A stretch of DNA of 62,934 nucleotides, filler included, from Octopus bimaculoides (GCF_001194135.2; 7 parts of 7 records of this genome joined end to end with filler, not necessarily neighbours in it); one strand, 5' to 3'. Positions 37,807 through 52,506 are shown, counted from the whole stretch's first letter. Numbers and translations are program-made. Notes: generated from the sequence alone by a model not told the origin.

Positions 37807-37895
37807 TTGGGGAAATTTCGAACCTGCGTGAGACATGAACATACATAGAATGAGAGAGTGTGGTTTATACATACACACGCGTGTGTGTGTATGTA

Positions 37896-37952
<57 letters not shown>

Positions 37953-38278
37953 TCTTTTATTCTTTTATTTCTTTCAGTCATTTGACTGCGGCCATGCTGG
38001 AGCACCGTCGAGCAAATTGACGCCAGGACTTATTCTTTGTAAGCCTCGTACTTATTCCATCGGTCTCTTTTGCCGAACCGCTAAGTTACGGAGACGTAAA
38101 CATACCAGCATCGGTAGCCAAGAGATGTTGGAGGACAAACACGGACACACAAATACACACACACACACACACACACACNNNNNNNNNNNNNNNNNNNNNN
38201 NNNNNNNNNNNNNNNNNNNNNNTTAATTAATTAANNNNNNNNNNNNNNNNNNNNNNNNNNNNNNNNNNNNNNNNNNNN

Positions 38279-38486
38279 CATAAAAGACACCATTTCGAGC
38301 GTGGCCGTTTTCGTGCGGGTGACACGTAAAAGCACCCACTACACTCTCTGAGTGGTTGGCGTTAGGAAGGGCATCCAGCTGTAGAAACTCTGCCAAATCA
38401 GACTGGAGCCTGGTGTTGCCATCCGGTTTCACCAGTCCTCAGTCAAATCGTCCAACCCATGCTAGCATGGAAAGCGGACGTTAAAC

Positions 38487-38527
<41 letters not shown>
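38279..38527 (+). mobile_element. SINE/LINE-tail repeat family with a (GAT)n tail; further copies at about 39183-39421 (+), 47885-48110 (-) and 61960-62420 (-)
   Basis: Shared GGTTGGCGTTAGGAAGGGCATCCAGCTGTAGAAAC...CCCATGCTAGCATGGAAAGCGGACGTTAAACGATGATG. Confidence 0.8.
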
Positions 38528-38528
<1 letters not shown>

Positions 38529-39718
38529 AGACTTCTTTCAGTTTCCATCTACCAAATCCACTCAAAAGCTTTGGTTGATTCGAGGCTAAAGCAGAAGACA
38601 AATGCTCTAAGTGCCATGCAGTGGGACTGAACCAAGAACCATGTGGTTGGGAAGCAAGTTTGTTACCTCACAGCCACGCATATATATGTATATATGATGG
38701 AATCTCCCTTCAAAGACGACACATCAATTTTTACTGAATGACCTGAGTAAATGATTTGCTTATGGTAAACAAATATATGTGTGGTACATTAGCTCACTCC
38801 CTCCATCAGATCAACATTGTCAGTACAGGTACACAAGTGTGCCATGCATCAGATATCGAAATAATTGCAATGCAGTATGAAAGGCAGTATTTCACTCAAG
38901 AGTACAATGAGTCACCTGACCTGAGAATCAAACCCATGGTCAGTGATCTCACAATTGTGCATGTCATGTCCCAAATTCAATGACTGCCACCCATGCCAGT
39001 AGAGTGCTAACAGCACCATCCAAGTGGGATCACTGCCACTGCAGCAGTCTGGCTTCTGTGCCGATGGCACGTAAAAAGCATCATATGAGTGTGATTGTTA
39101 TCAGCGTCGCCTTACTGGCACTTGTGCCGGTGGAATGTGAACAAAACAATCGAGCAAGGTCGTTGCCAGCACTGCTGGACTGACTCCTGTGCAGGTGGCA
39201 CGTAGAAACACCATTTGAGCGTGGCCATAGCCAGTACTGCCAGACTGGCCTCGTGCCAGTGGCACGTAAAAAGCACCCACTACACTCTCTGAGTGGTTGG
39301 CGTTAGGAAGGGCATCCAGCTGTAGAAACTCTGCCAAATCAGATTGGAGCCTGGTGTAGCCATCTGGTTTCACCAGTCCTCAGTCAAATCGTCCAACCCA
39401 TGCTAGCATGTAAAGTGGACATCATATACACATACATATATCTTCATAATCATCATTCAATATCTATACTCCTTGTTGGTATTGATATTTCTATTTATTT
39501 GTGTGTGTGTGTATATAGCTGTCTTGTCTTCGAAACGTCTAGATAGAATAGAGACAGCTGATGAAGGGATATTCCAAGTGGCTTTCCGTTTTCCTGTGTG
39601 TTCGTTCCGTTGTCTGTAGTTTATTGTTCTAACGTCCTGTACCCTGATATGCATGTATATACACATGTGGATGTAAGTGTGTACATATGTGTGTGTATAC
39701 ATGTATATATATTCTTTG

Positions 39719-39765
<47 letters not shown>

Positions 39766-40148
39766 TACGTACATATGTGCGCACACACACACACACACAC
39801 ACACACTCATACAGAATTTGATTTTTTTGTACCCTTTTTATATATAAGATACTACAATCAGCTGTCATTTTTGACAGCATGGGACCAGCTCTAAGAAGAA
39901 AGAAGAAAATGGTTGAGATAGGGAACAGTATACTGCTTTTGAAGAGAATTAACCATTGTGTATACTATGTTCCAATTTCAAGGCATTTGAGGGTTGCTTA
40001 GCAATTGTCTGATTGAGCTGAACTTTTGCACACCCCAGATTTTGCTGATTCAAACAGCACTAGGGGGTGGGAGGAGCAAAAGTTTAACTTTTAGAAAAGA
40101 CCTATTGCTAAGGGCCACCCTAATACATATATATACATATGTCATATA

Positions 40149-40181
<33 letters not shown>

Positions 40182-40257
40182 GTATAAATTGATAGTTATA
40201 AATATTTTTATATACATATGTATGTGCATGTGTGTGTGTGTGTGTGTGTGTGTGTAG

Positions 40258-40503
40258 AAATAAAGAAAATAAGACAAGGTAGAAAATGAAGGCTTACATC
40301 AAGTGCCTGGAGGAGGCAGTGCTGCCCTGGGTCAAGAGCGTGGCTGCTAAAAGACCCTATGTCTGGCAACAGGACTCTGCACCATGCCACACAAGCAGGA
40401 AAACCCAATCATGCCTGTCAGACAATTTCTGTGACTACATCACTCCTAACATCTGGCCACCTAACTCCCCAGATTGCAACCCCTTTGATTATTATGTGTG
40501 GGA
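40258..40503 (+). mobile_element. DD37D (maT-type) transposase fragment
   Basis: WQQDSAPCHT...WPPNSPDCNPFDY; 37 residues between the second and third catalytic Asp. Confidence 0.85.
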
Positions 40504-40681
40504 CACAAATATATACATATATATATATATATATATACAATGGGCTTCTTTCAGTTTCCATCTACCAAATCCACTCATATATATATGTATGTATGTATGT
40601 GTAAATGTTTGTCTTCTCTTTGTGTTAGTATGTGTAAGTATGTATACAATTTGATGTGGAGTGCTGTCAGTAACTCCTACA

Positions 40682-40721
<40 letters not shown>

Positions 40722-40773
40722 CAATAACTGTCCAGGAGCCCATTGTATGGTCAGTGGCTATCTTAGCAGTAGA

Positions 40774-40840
<67 letters not shown>

Positions 40841-42125
40841 TTGAGATAATCAAGCCAGAGAACAATGTCACAGCCACTCCACTGAGAGTGATGGGGAGAC
40901 TTGTTCCTTTTAGTGAGGGTCAAAGTAGGTTGTTTAGGAGGAGGAACTCATGCTGAATACAGACCTGATCAAGCCAAAATAATCCTTTATTTGCAACCAA
41001 TTGTAATATTATCTGGTTTCAGTATATGTTCTGCCTTTAGTGATATTTAGGCCAAGAAAAGTAGTATAATGCTTTATAAGGCATATCTTCCTTTAATTAC
41101 TTAAACCATAAATTTTATCTCTGCACAGATGTTGCTTGTTAACATAGATATTACCTTGAGACATTTTAACCATTGTGATATACCAATCCACTATGTTATA
41201 TGATGTAAATTCACTGCTTTATACTGATCTAAATTAAAACCTTCCATCATAAATTTGTGGTTTATCTTCTTAACACCAGCTTAATAGCAACACAGTTTTA
41301 TCAAATCCTTCAGGCACAGACAGTAAGAAATTTGCTACTTAACCGTATGGTTCCAGGTTCAGTCCCGCTCTGTGACACCTTGGGCAAGTGTATTCTACTT
41401 CTGCTTCTCTTATAAAAGATATTTAATTTTTTTTACATCCCTGAAACTTAGCAATTCAGCAAAGGAGACCAATACAACAAGTACTAGACTAAAAGAAAAA
41501 AAAAAATGTAATAAGTCATGGAGTTGATCTGTTCAACTGAGGAACCCTTGAAGGCGGTGCCCCAGCATGGTCACAGTCTAACGACTGAAACAAATGAAAG
41601 AAAAAAGTTTAAAATCTTTAACCTTTTACTTGTTTCAGTCATTAGACTATGGCCAAGATCTGTGGTTTTCGTCACTGTTTACAATTATCTTTAAAAGAAA
41701 TTTAGTAATGTATCATATTGATGTAATTTTTGACGCTGAATCTGAATTTGTTATTCATTTATTCTAGAAAAATTTTGTAAAACTGTTACAGATATTCAAA
41801 GTTTGATAGTTTTCAGCTGGGGGAACACATACGCCATAGAAACCGGGAACTCGGGCCCATGAGCCTGGCTAGGCTTGAAAAGGGCACACACACACATATA
41901 TATATATATGTACCCAGTTATGTATCTATATGTACATGTAGATGAACGTATATACATACATGTACATATATATGCATATACTCATATATTGTTTGTATCA
42001 CGACAGAACGCACGCGTTACCTTTATACAGTAAGTTTTAACTATTTTTCTAACGTGACTCTCTCTATTTCTATCTCCCCCTCTCATTCTTCCCTCTACTG
42101 TTCTTCGCCTCTACCTGTCACTACT

Positions 42126-42158
<33 letters not shown>

Positions 42159-43738
42159 TGTTACTCGTCCTTCGCCTCTCACCGTTCTACTACTATCTCT
42201 CTCTCTCTCTACCTCTCGTTGCTCACTTTTATTCTACTTCNNNNNNNNNNNNNNNNNNNNNNNNNNNNNNNNNNNNNNNNNNNNNNNNNNNNNNNNNNNN
42301 NNNNNNNNNNNNNNNNNNNNNNNNNNNNNNNNNNNNNNNNNNNNNNNNNNNNNNNNNNNNNNNNNNNNNNNNNNNNNNNNNNNNNNNNNNNNNNNNNNNN
42401 NNNNNNNNNNNNNNNNNNNNNNNNNNNNNNNNNNNNNNNNNNNNNNNNNNNNNNNNNNNNNNNNNNNNNNNNNNNNNNNNNNNNNNNNNNNNNNNNNNNN
42501 NNNNNNNNNNNNNNNNNNNNNNNNNNNNNNNNNNNNNNNNNNNNNNNNNNNNNNNNNNNNNNNNNNNNNNNNNNNNNNNNNNNNNNNNNNNNNNNNNNNN
42601 NNNNNNNNNNNNNNNNNNNNNNNNNNNNNNNNNNNNNNNNNNNNNNNNNNNNNNNNNNNNNNNNNNNNNNNNNNNNNNNNNNNNNNNNNNNNNNNNNNNN
42701 NNNNNNNNNNNNNNNNNNNNNNNNNNNNNNNNNNNNNNNNNNNNNNNNNNNNNNNNNNNNNNNNNNNNNNNNNNNCATATATATATATATGTACCCAGTT
42801 ATGTATCTATATGTACATGTAGATGAACGTATATACATACATGTACATATATATGCATATACTCATATATTGTTTATATATATATATATATATATATACA
42901 TATACATACATATATATACAATGGGCTTCTTTTGGTTTCCGTCTACCAAATCCACTCACAAGGCATTGGTCAGCCCGATGCTATTGTAGAAGACATGCTC
43001 AAGGTGCTATGCAGTGAGACTGAACTCGCAGCCATGTGGTTGGGAAGTAAGCTTCTTATCACATAACCTCACCTACACCTGTAAAAAAAAAATAAAAAAA
43101 TAAAAAGCTGTTTAGTTTAACAGAAATATGGTCACAAAACAGATTAATAAGTAATGATGATACTCGCTATTTGGTCTTGAAAACATTCCTTGCAGCACTT
43201 TCAGGTCTACAGTGTAGGCATTACTTAATTGTTTGTTTGCATTCCTAGCTTCATTTGTCAGTGCATATGTACTCAGGCCACAAAGCTCTGCATGCATTGT
43301 CATATTATTTGCTTTATGCTGATGGTGGTGTACAGTGTCAGGGCTGTGTATAGTATCATTACTGGTTCATGAAGCATGGCGATCACCTGCTGCTCCCCAG
43401 GGCTGGCTTAGCAGCATTATAAGCTTCTAGATAAATCAATGATCTGGGCCCTTACAATATTTAAAATATTGACAGAAAACCACAGCATTCATAGATTAAT
43501 AGATTAGAATTGAGCCCCTAAACCTGTGAGGGCCCTAAAGTACTTATTTATCAATAGCAAGGCACAACATACATTGATCAGAATTAGGCCCCTAAACACA
43601 TGAGACCATTGGGTAAATCTATGCACTGGACTCTATAGTATTTATATACTGATTTCCAATTTTGGCACAAGGCTAGCAGTTTTGGCAGAAGGGATAAGTT
43701 GATTACATTGACTAGAGCACTCAACTAGTACTTATTTT

Positions 43739-44363
43739 GGATCTATTTTAAAATGGGGGCACCAGTTTTCATTTATATTTTATGTAGTGTTTTTGATACC
43801 GAAAGACTTTCAAACTTCGTATACTTATCTATTTTGTGTTATAGAACAGAAAAAAATTTTTGTATTCAAATTTATTTCATGTAAAAAATTGTCTTATTTA
43901 GATAATTTCTACTAATCACTGACGTCTATTCAGTTGAAAACAGTTAACACTGTAACGGTGTATATCGTATTAATCCCCTAACCCTAACCCTAACCCTAAC
44001 CCTAACTCTAGAATCCGAACTCTAAAATTGTTACACACATAGATACGTACAGCGTAATTTATCATATAAACAATATATGCGTATAAATTACGATTAAACC
44101 GGATGAAATATGTCACAGGGAATAACATTTTTATGACCGCCCAGCAGTAACTCTATTGAGCTGAATAAACGTCAGTGATTGGTTGAAATTACAGAAATAC
44201 GACAACTTTAACATGGAATAACTTGCGATGTACATTTTTTTGTTAAGAAGACTAAGAGTAAAAGATGTTTTATATGACACATTCTACCAGTGTCCCAAGT
44301 TTCAAAGTGTTTCGTTAGTGTTTCGTTAAGAAAATACTAGTGCCCCCGTTTTGAAATAGATCC
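43739..44363. mobile_element. Non-autonomous TIR DNA transposon (GG termini, 8-bp TSD), inserted in a SINE
   Basis: TIR GGATCTATTTYAAAAYGGGGGCACYAGT at both ends; TSD CTTATTTT at 43731-43738 and 44364-44371; internal inverted block (AATCACTGACGTYTATTCAG). Confidence 0.88.
43976..44005 (-). repeat. Interstitial telomeric repeat (TTAGGG)5
   Basis: (CCCTAA)x5 on the plus strand, followed by a degenerate CTCTAG. Confidence 0.95.
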
Positions 44364-45182
44364 CTTATTTTATTGACCCTGACAATGCCTGACCAAGACA
44401 ATGCCTGATTAATTCAAAACAATGTTAATAGAAAAGAGTTATAATACAATTTAATCTGTGTGCTAAAGGATAAAATATTCTGTGTAATGTAGCAGTATAA
44501 TTAATTTATTACATATAAATTTTAGCAACAAAATCTTATATGGATCCCAAAGGGCCATGTGGACTTCAGTTGAGAACAACTGAACTAGACACTTCTAACC
44601 AGTACCTCACAGCATGACCCAATGACCAAAACAGGATTTTGACCAGCTGTATCAACCTAATTTTTCTTTTACTTCTCTGCATGAGTTAATATTCTTTTGT
44701 ATTAGGGACACTCCTTAACACTGACCCATTACAAACACTTCTATTCTCTCCCACCACCTTCTGCTCTACACCAAATAGTCTCAGTTTACCTCAACACTAT
44801 CTCTCCCCACCCGACCACCATGTCACCACACAATACATGTCATTATTTTCTGTCTTTACATTCTGAGTTCAAATTCCCTTGAGGTCCACTTTCCCTTTCA
44901 TCCTTTTGGAGTGGATAAATTAAGTACCAGTTTTGTACTGAATTCCAGCTAATCAACTGGCCCCCTCCCCCCAAATTCCAGGCCTTGTGCCAAGAGTAGA
45001 AAAGAATACATGTCATTATTTTATTCACTGACCAACCACCTCCACCAGATCACAGCTATAAAGTTACCCTCCCACTTCTGTGATTTACCTTTTTATCTTT
45101 TATCTTTTGCTTGTTTCAGTCATTAGACTGTGGCCATGCTGTGGCGCTGCCAGTTATATATTTATAATAATATATGATATGA

Positions 45183-45219
<37 letters not shown>

Positions 45220-46069
45220 TACAAATAATAAATGAGTATATGCATATATACGTACATATATGTACATACCTACATCTCTACCTGTATATATAGATGCATA
45301 TCTGGGTACAGGATGTTGCAAACAAAACAGACAAAATGAGGAACAGAGTACAGAAAACATACAGGCCACATAGAGAACATTTCCTTCATCAGCTGTCACC
45401 ATTCTAACACTGGCGTTTCGAAGAGTTAGGGCAGTATGTATGTATGTATGTATGTATGTATGTATGTATGTATGTATGTATGTATGTNNNNNNNNNNNNN
45501 NNNNNNNNNNNNNNNNNNNNNNNNNNNNNNNNNNNNNNNNNNNNNNNNNNNNNNNNNNNNNNNNNNNNNNNNNNNNNNNNNNNNNNNNNNNNNNNNNNNN
45601 NNNNNNNNNNNNNNNNNNNNNNNNNNNNNNNNNNNNNNNNNNNNNNNNNNNNNNNNNNNNNNNNNNNNNNNNNNNNNNNNNNNNNNNNNNNNNNNNNNNN
45701 NNNNNNNNNNNNNNNNNNNNNNNNNNNNNNNNNNNNNNNNNNNNNNNNNNNNNNNNNNNNNNNNNNNNNNNNNNNNNNNNNNNNNNNNNNNNNNNNNNNN
45801 NNNNNNNNNNNNNNNNNNNNNNNNNNNNNNNNNNNNNNNNNNNNNNNNNNNNNNNNNNNNNNNNNNNNNNNNNNNNNNNNNNNNNNNNNNNNNNNNNNNN
45901 NNNNNNNNNNNNNNNNNNNNNNNNGTGCCTAGTGTAGAAAAAGGATATATAAAGTTCATAATTCTGGGTTCAGTCCCCTGCATAGCATTTTGAACAAGTG
46001 TCTTCTACTATAGACTCAGGCGTGTGTGTGTGTGTGTGTGTGTGTGTGCATGTGTGTGTATATTATATA

Positions 46070-46820
46070 TACAGGGTGCAATGGGTAAATTGTTGCAGTT
46101 TTATAGTTTAAATTTTGCGCATGCGAATTGTTTGATTTTGATTTTGTTAACTACAGAGTATAGTAGGGTCAGTTGGACACTGTAGTGAGAAAAACAGCAC
46201 CAGACGCAATTCACTACCAGAAATTTGGAAACGATATGCTATACTGCTTGGCATTTATGCTTGAAACTCCAATACGAACATTTCACAGTGTTTGAGTGTC
46301 TATCTGAGGACATGTACCAAGAATGATAAAAATCAAACATCCAGTCAACATCATGATGTTTGCAGTGATCATTAGTGATGGCGATGTTATGCCTACATTC
46401 ATCTTCCCACACGATCTCAGACTCAACATAGGGGCCTACATCAAGTGCCTGGAAGAGGTAGTACTGTCCTGGGTCAAGAGGGTGGCTGTTGGAAGACCCT
46501 GTGTCTGGCAACAGGACTCTGTACCATGCCACACAAGCAGGAGAACCCAGTCATGGCTGTCAGACAATTTCCTGCGACCACATCACTCCTAACATCTGGC
46601 TACCTAACTCCCCAGACTGCAACCCCCTTGATTATTATGTGTGGGGCACAGTTGAGTGAGAGACCAACAAAACTCTTTGTAACACCAAAGATGAAATGAA
46701 GGCAAGGATTATGGCAGCATTCACCAACTTGAACAAGGAGACTGTCAAGAAGAGTTGTAGAAGATTCCGAAGTCATCTGGAGGACATGGTTGAAGCCGAT
46801 GGATTTTATTTCAAGATATT
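46070..46820 (+). mobile_element. DD37D (maT-type) element, internally deleted and degraded
   Basis: TA-CAGGGTG start; KHPVNIMMFAVI.SDGDVMP.FIFP, WQQDSVPCHT, SPDCNPLDY. Confidence 0.85.
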
Positions 46821-46912
46821 TTTATGTAATTTTGATAAATATATCTGTTAAAATGAGATGTCAGTGTTATTTTCATTTTTGTGTAATTTAGATGACAGTT
46901 TATTCACCGTAT

Positions 46913-47036
<124 letters not shown>

Positions 47037-49482
47037 ATAGAGTCTACAGATGAGATCCAGAGATTCTTAATATAGAAAATGCTTAGTAGCACTCAAATGA
47101 TTTGAACTTACACTCTGAAACCTTTACTGAGGACCAAGTCCACTGGGTAAAGAGTGGCTATATGAGGAATCCACATGAGTAGATATGGAGGCAATGATGT
47201 AAATAAACAAATAAAACTGCTTGGGTTAGTTATAGAAAATATATATACATATATACATATAAATAGAGAGAAAGCAAAGACTGAAAACTTTTAGATGATG
47301 AATATTCAAGTGTAAATATATAGATATTTATACAAGGTTATCACCTGTTCTAATATGCTTGGGACATATCCAAACCTGTAGGAAAGCCACCTGATGTTTT
47401 TTTGTCATGGAGAAAATTTCTTGATGAACACAATGATGTAAATACATCAAAATCAGCCTGCAGTGCCACATACCCACACTGAGATACAAGCATATATTAA
47501 CAAAGCAAACTTACACAGAGTACAAAAGTCCAACAGCTGTTTCTGGAAGCTCAGAGTTACTTCATAGTGTTGGAAGGTGTAGTTCACCCAAAATATGCAA
47601 CCAGTAATAGAAATAAATAAATATTGGTTAAATCCAGCTTCCGTCTTCAGGATGGAGAGATAAAAATCCTGATTGAACAATGAAGCATGGGTGTCTGGTC
47701 TGGGTTTTATTCACATTGGTCCTTCGCTAGCTGAAATATCTCATCTGTGTATGCCGCAACTACAGATGATAGCAACGGTTCACTAACTGAACTGGTTGAT
47801 CCTGGCTGTTGACAGTTTGTTGCCTGTTCATCCTCTAGTAATATTCACTATTGACTCTATAAGTTCATCATCATTGTCGCCATCATCATCATTTAACGTT
47901 TGCCTTCTATGCTGGCATGGGTTGGCTGGATGCTCTTCCTAACACCACACACCCCGCAGAATGAACTGAGTGCTTTTTACATGGCACCAGCACAAGCGAG
48001 GTCAGTTTTGACATGGTTTTTACAGCTGGATACCCTTCCAAATGCCAACCTCTTTACAGTGTGAGCTGGATGCTTTTTACATAGCACCAGCACTGGTAGT
48101 GTCACCAAGTACAAGTTCATCTGTCAAAATAGTTCACAGCTACCATGCTGCAATGCATGATTTCAACTTATCCTAGTTTGGGTTATTATATCTTATTTAA
48201 CCCATAGCTGGGATCCTGACAGGTGCTATGACTCTGGGTCAAAATAGAACTGGGAACAAGCAGTGCCTAAGAGGTGATTCCACACCCCTCAAAATCCTGG
48301 AATTCCTGAATCAGGACCCCTCAACCAAACGCAGTTTAAAGTCATATTAAGGACCTCACTACTGGATGCTGATTAAAGTCATGCCCTGGTTCATGTGCTA
48401 GAAGCATGTAAAAAGGTAAATACTCCCTTTAGTCATGAATAACCAAGAGATTGCACCTAGAAAGTTCACCTCCTAGACAAAAGTCCAGGCAAAATTGTTT
48501 ATGGAAGACCAGCAGTGCCCATGCATACCTGCCTCCCCTCTTCATGCCACAGATGTTATCCGAGGGAAAGGCAACGGCTGATACAGCTTGGCACCAGTGA
48601 CATCACAACTCATTTCTACAGCTGAGTGAACTGGGTAAATGTGAAATAAAGTGCTTTGCTCCTGAACACAACACACAGCCCCATCCCGGAATCGAACTCA
48701 CTAATTCATGATTGTGAGCCCAACTCTCTAACCACTGAGCCATGCACTTTCATACCAGCCACATCCAGCCTAAATAATCTGCCCGTTTTATGTTCAAACC
48801 AACCAGATGTTGCCTCCCACACCTACCCTACAAGGTCCTTCTAAAAATAAGTAATCATATCATGAAAATCGCAAAGTTACAAGATAATGCATGATTAATT
48901 CAAAGCAATGTGAAAAATAAGCATTACATTTGAGAGAGTAATCTGAATGCTAAAGGGTTAACCATTAATATAGATTGTTTCCTTGTGTTAGGCCTCTGTT
49001 GAAGCATGTTTACATTGTCTATGTTCATAAAATCACTCCAAATCATTTCTGATACATCTATGTTGTGGATGAATGAAACCTGCAGGCTGGAAGTCAAGGT
49101 GTTATAAAGAGTAGTACCACAGGCATGTCTCTGCTTAGAAACAACAGGAAGCAGATGGCTAATGCATAGAAAATAGATTGTGGTAGACACAGTCAAATTT
49201 TGGGATAAACCATAGATGAAAATATTTGTAGTCTTACTTTGAAAGAATTTATAGTTACAATCCCTAGAGAGAGTATGCAGTTCAACACACTATACAATAT
49301 CCTGATTTTTATCTATTGTGACGCACTTGACTTCAGTGTTGTCAGTAGTCAGAAGCCTGCTTACTATCTTCTAGGCTGCTTGTATATTGTATATCACTCA
49401 GTATCCTGAATAGGTGAATAGGTCAAACAAGTGTGTGTGTGTGTGTAACTAGTATAAAAAACTAAGATATATGTATATATGT

Positions 49483-49538
<56 letters not shown>

Positions 49539-49594
49539 ACACACACAAGTAAAGTTAATCACCACATGTGTTCCAGCCACATTGATTAACTTTA

Positions 49595-50150
49595 CTTGTT
49601 AGTATAATTACTACTCTCATCTCTTACTGAGATTTTTACAGTTTTCTTGGAGGTGGCCCCATTGGCCACCACTACCTGACTTCTATCTTTTAGAAAGTCA
49701 TGTAGCAATTCTCCGAGTTTTCCAAATATGCCAAGATTTCGGAGCTTGTGGCAAATCATGCCATGGTCAACTTTGTCGAAGGCTTTTGTAAAGTTGAGGT
49801 ATATCACGTCCACATTTGAGTTGTTAAGCAGCTGCTTTAACACTCAGTCATAATGCTGCAGGAGCTCTATCAGGCAGCTTCTACCTGGTCAAAAGCCAAG
49901 CTGGGTGTCAGTCAGCAAGTCATTCTCTTCAAGGAATGCAATTAATTTCTTTCGGACCATTCATTCCATGACTTTGCTGACGTGTGAGGTAAGAGAGATA
50001 GGCCTATAGTTTTTAGCAACTGCTCTTCTTCCTTCTTTATGGATAGGGCATATCATTCCCTCCTTTAATTTGCCTGAGAACTTAACATTTGTGAGGAAGC
50101 TCTGAAAAAATAGCTACAAGGAGTCATTTGCATGACTTGATTGCTGGGAA
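49595..50150 (-). mobile_element. CR1/L2-like LINE reverse transcriptase fragment
   Basis: YRPISLTSHVSKVMER, QLGF.PGRSC and VDVIYLNFTKAFDKVDHG. Confidence 0.85.
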
Positions 50151-50323
50151 TCCATCAGGGCCAGCGATCTGAGTTTGCATCTATATCATCTATTGCTAGC
50201 ATTACATCCTTTCTTTTACTGACCCATAAACACACTAACACTGGTTGTCAAGTTGTAGTGGGGGACAAACACAGGCATACACACAAGCAAAGACATACAT
50301 ACACATATACACAAACAAATTAA

Positions 50324-50541
50324 CCCTTTTGATACCAACCTCTCTGAAAATCTTTGGTTCTATGTCACAAACTTACTGTTTTAAAGTGATCTAAATTATA
50401 ATCTAATATCAAAATTGTATGTTAATTTTTTCCAGATACCAGCTTCATAATGAGAAAGTTATTTTACTAAATTTTTTGTTATTCTGAAAATTATTTGAAA
50501 CAAAAGCATTATATGTCAACAGAAATATGGTAACAAAAGGG
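50324..50541. mobile_element. piggyBac-type MITE (TTAA TSD, CCCTT termini); related partial copies at about 41165-41310 and 52850-53062
   Basis: TTAA-CCCTTTTGATACCA...TGGTAACAAAAGGG-TTAA. Confidence 0.8.
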
Positions 50542-52122
50542 TTAAGAGTATATAGAATATGTTGGTCTTATTAATATTCAGTCTGTATGGATATCGGCAT
50601 TGTAAATAAGTATACTTGGATGATGTTATGCATAAAAAACTAACAAGATTGCATAAGCAGAATTTGGTTCTGTTACAAAGCAAATGTGCATGTGTGCAAA
50701 ACAGTCATGCACAGTTATTGTCTGTCAGTTATCTGTTATGGGCGAATCCTGAAAACCCCACACATGACTGAAGATGGACCAACCGATTACAATAAATAAG
50801 AACTGAGTGAGCTGTCAGGGGAGTAGTTAACGGGTGTTAGTTTGATTGTATTGGATTACTGTGTTAGATTGATGTGTGTTGCTTTAACAGTCAGTAGTTG
50901 AACAGTGGATACCAAGCATTGTACTTATGTTTGAGTATGGAGTGCATTCTGTGTTAACATATATTTTCTGTGATAGGTTATTTTTAGATAAATACAACCA
51001 ACTATTTATTTGTGTAATACCATTTTACACGAGATGTGTATACCCATGCCATAGTGTTGTCTCTTATCCTAATGTCCTTTAGATACTGCTGTTAAAAGTG
51101 ATTCAAAAAGCCTCAATTAATCTATTTGTTCTGGTCATTTATCATTGTTATGATATCTGTGGTACCAGAACTTTGCTAGACTCCATTCACAATGATGGGA
51201 TTGTTTCAGCTAAATGACTGTTATTTAATTAATTTATTTAAATGCAACAAGTGCAGTTATAAAGTATTTGCATGCAACATACAACTTAAGTACAGGTCAA
51301 AAGTTGAAACTAAAGTATCATGAACAGAAAGGAGTGAGACTTGTCTTCTGCAGCAACTTATATACTTATATATGTCACAACTTAGGTAAGAGTATATATG
51401 GCACTAAGTGTATAGATAGTGCTTGAAAAAGTCACTCTCCATTGTCTTTTTTATTCAATCCACAATCAGCAGAAATCTGTTCTTTAAAATGTAGTAGTTG
51501 GAACATATTGTAGTTTCTCAATAACATTTGATTGAACTACAATATTACTGTCTATGTTAGTAGGTGAAATTATTGATAAAGTGCATTGTATTTCAGGTTC
51601 ACTAAACTCAGCTGATTTAGCACTTGCTTTTGTCTTCAAGAATTGTATTATTTGTTGTATTTTCGGCAGATCAGTAGCCATATGATATGTTTCTTGATCT
51701 TTCATTTCTTCATGCAGCTTTGGACGAGACCTTTTTGTGATTTTTGTATAGAAAGAAAAGGTCACTGTCAAGGCCACTTTCTAATGTTTTCAATCCATCC
51801 AATAATACTGCCATAATGTGAGGGTACATAGCTTAGTGGTTAGGCTGTTTGACTCATGATCATAATGCATTTGGGTTCAATTCCTGGAATGGGTGGCATG
51901 TTGTCTCTTTGGGCAAAGCACTTTATTTCTCAATGGTTCAGTCTACCCAGTTGAAAATGAGTACTAGTGGAATGTTTGTGTAGCTCTCTCTCCCTCCAGC
52001 TGTAATATATTGAATGTGCCATGGTGTAAAAGAATGGAGAATGAAAAAGGTGTCCAATCTTGTTTAAGTGATTACATTAGACACTTTAAATAATTAGCAG
52101 CAGTATGGTAAATCTTAGTGGA

Positions 52123-52506
52123 GGTGCAATGGCCCAGTGGTTAGGGCAGCGGACTCACGGTCATAAGATCGCGGTTTCGATTTCCAGACCGGGTGTTGTG
52201 AGTGTTTATTGAGCAAAAACACCTAAAGCTCCACGAGGCTCCAGCAGGGGATGGTGGCGAACCCTGCTGTAGTCTTTCACCACAACTTTCTCTCACTCTT
52301 ACTTCCTGTTTCTGTTGTGCCTGTAATTCAAACGGCCAGCCTTGTCACACTGTGTCACGCTGAATATCCCCGAGAACTACGTTAAGGGTACACATGTCTG
52401 TGGAGTGCTCAGCCACTTGCATGTTAATTTCACGAGCAAGCTGTTCCGTTGATCGGATCAACTGGAACCCTCGACGTCATAAGCGACGGAGTGCCAACAA
52501 CAACAA
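52123..52506 (+). mobile_element. tRNA-derived SINE, third family, with a (CAA)n tail
   Basis: A-box-like GGCCCAGTGGTTAGG, B-box-like GGTTTCGATTTCC; ends GACGGAGTGCCAACAACAAC. Confidence 0.75.

Noticed and set aside
39515-39575. GAAACGTC...CTGATGAAGG permuted hammerhead-like cores (also minus strand at about 45378-45432)
   Set aside because: Both core halves are present, but I could not build stem I between the cleavage triplet and CUGAUGA; not called a ribozyme without a covariance search
41895-42875. About 100-bp direct repeat (41895-41994 and 42776-42875) flanking a partly gapped insert
   Set aside because: The second copy abuts a gap; assembly duplication is more likely than an LTR or TSD
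52123-52200. tRNA-like sequence
   Set aside because: It continues into a SINE body and (CAA)n tail and lacks a proper acceptor stem; it is a SINE head, not a tRNA gene
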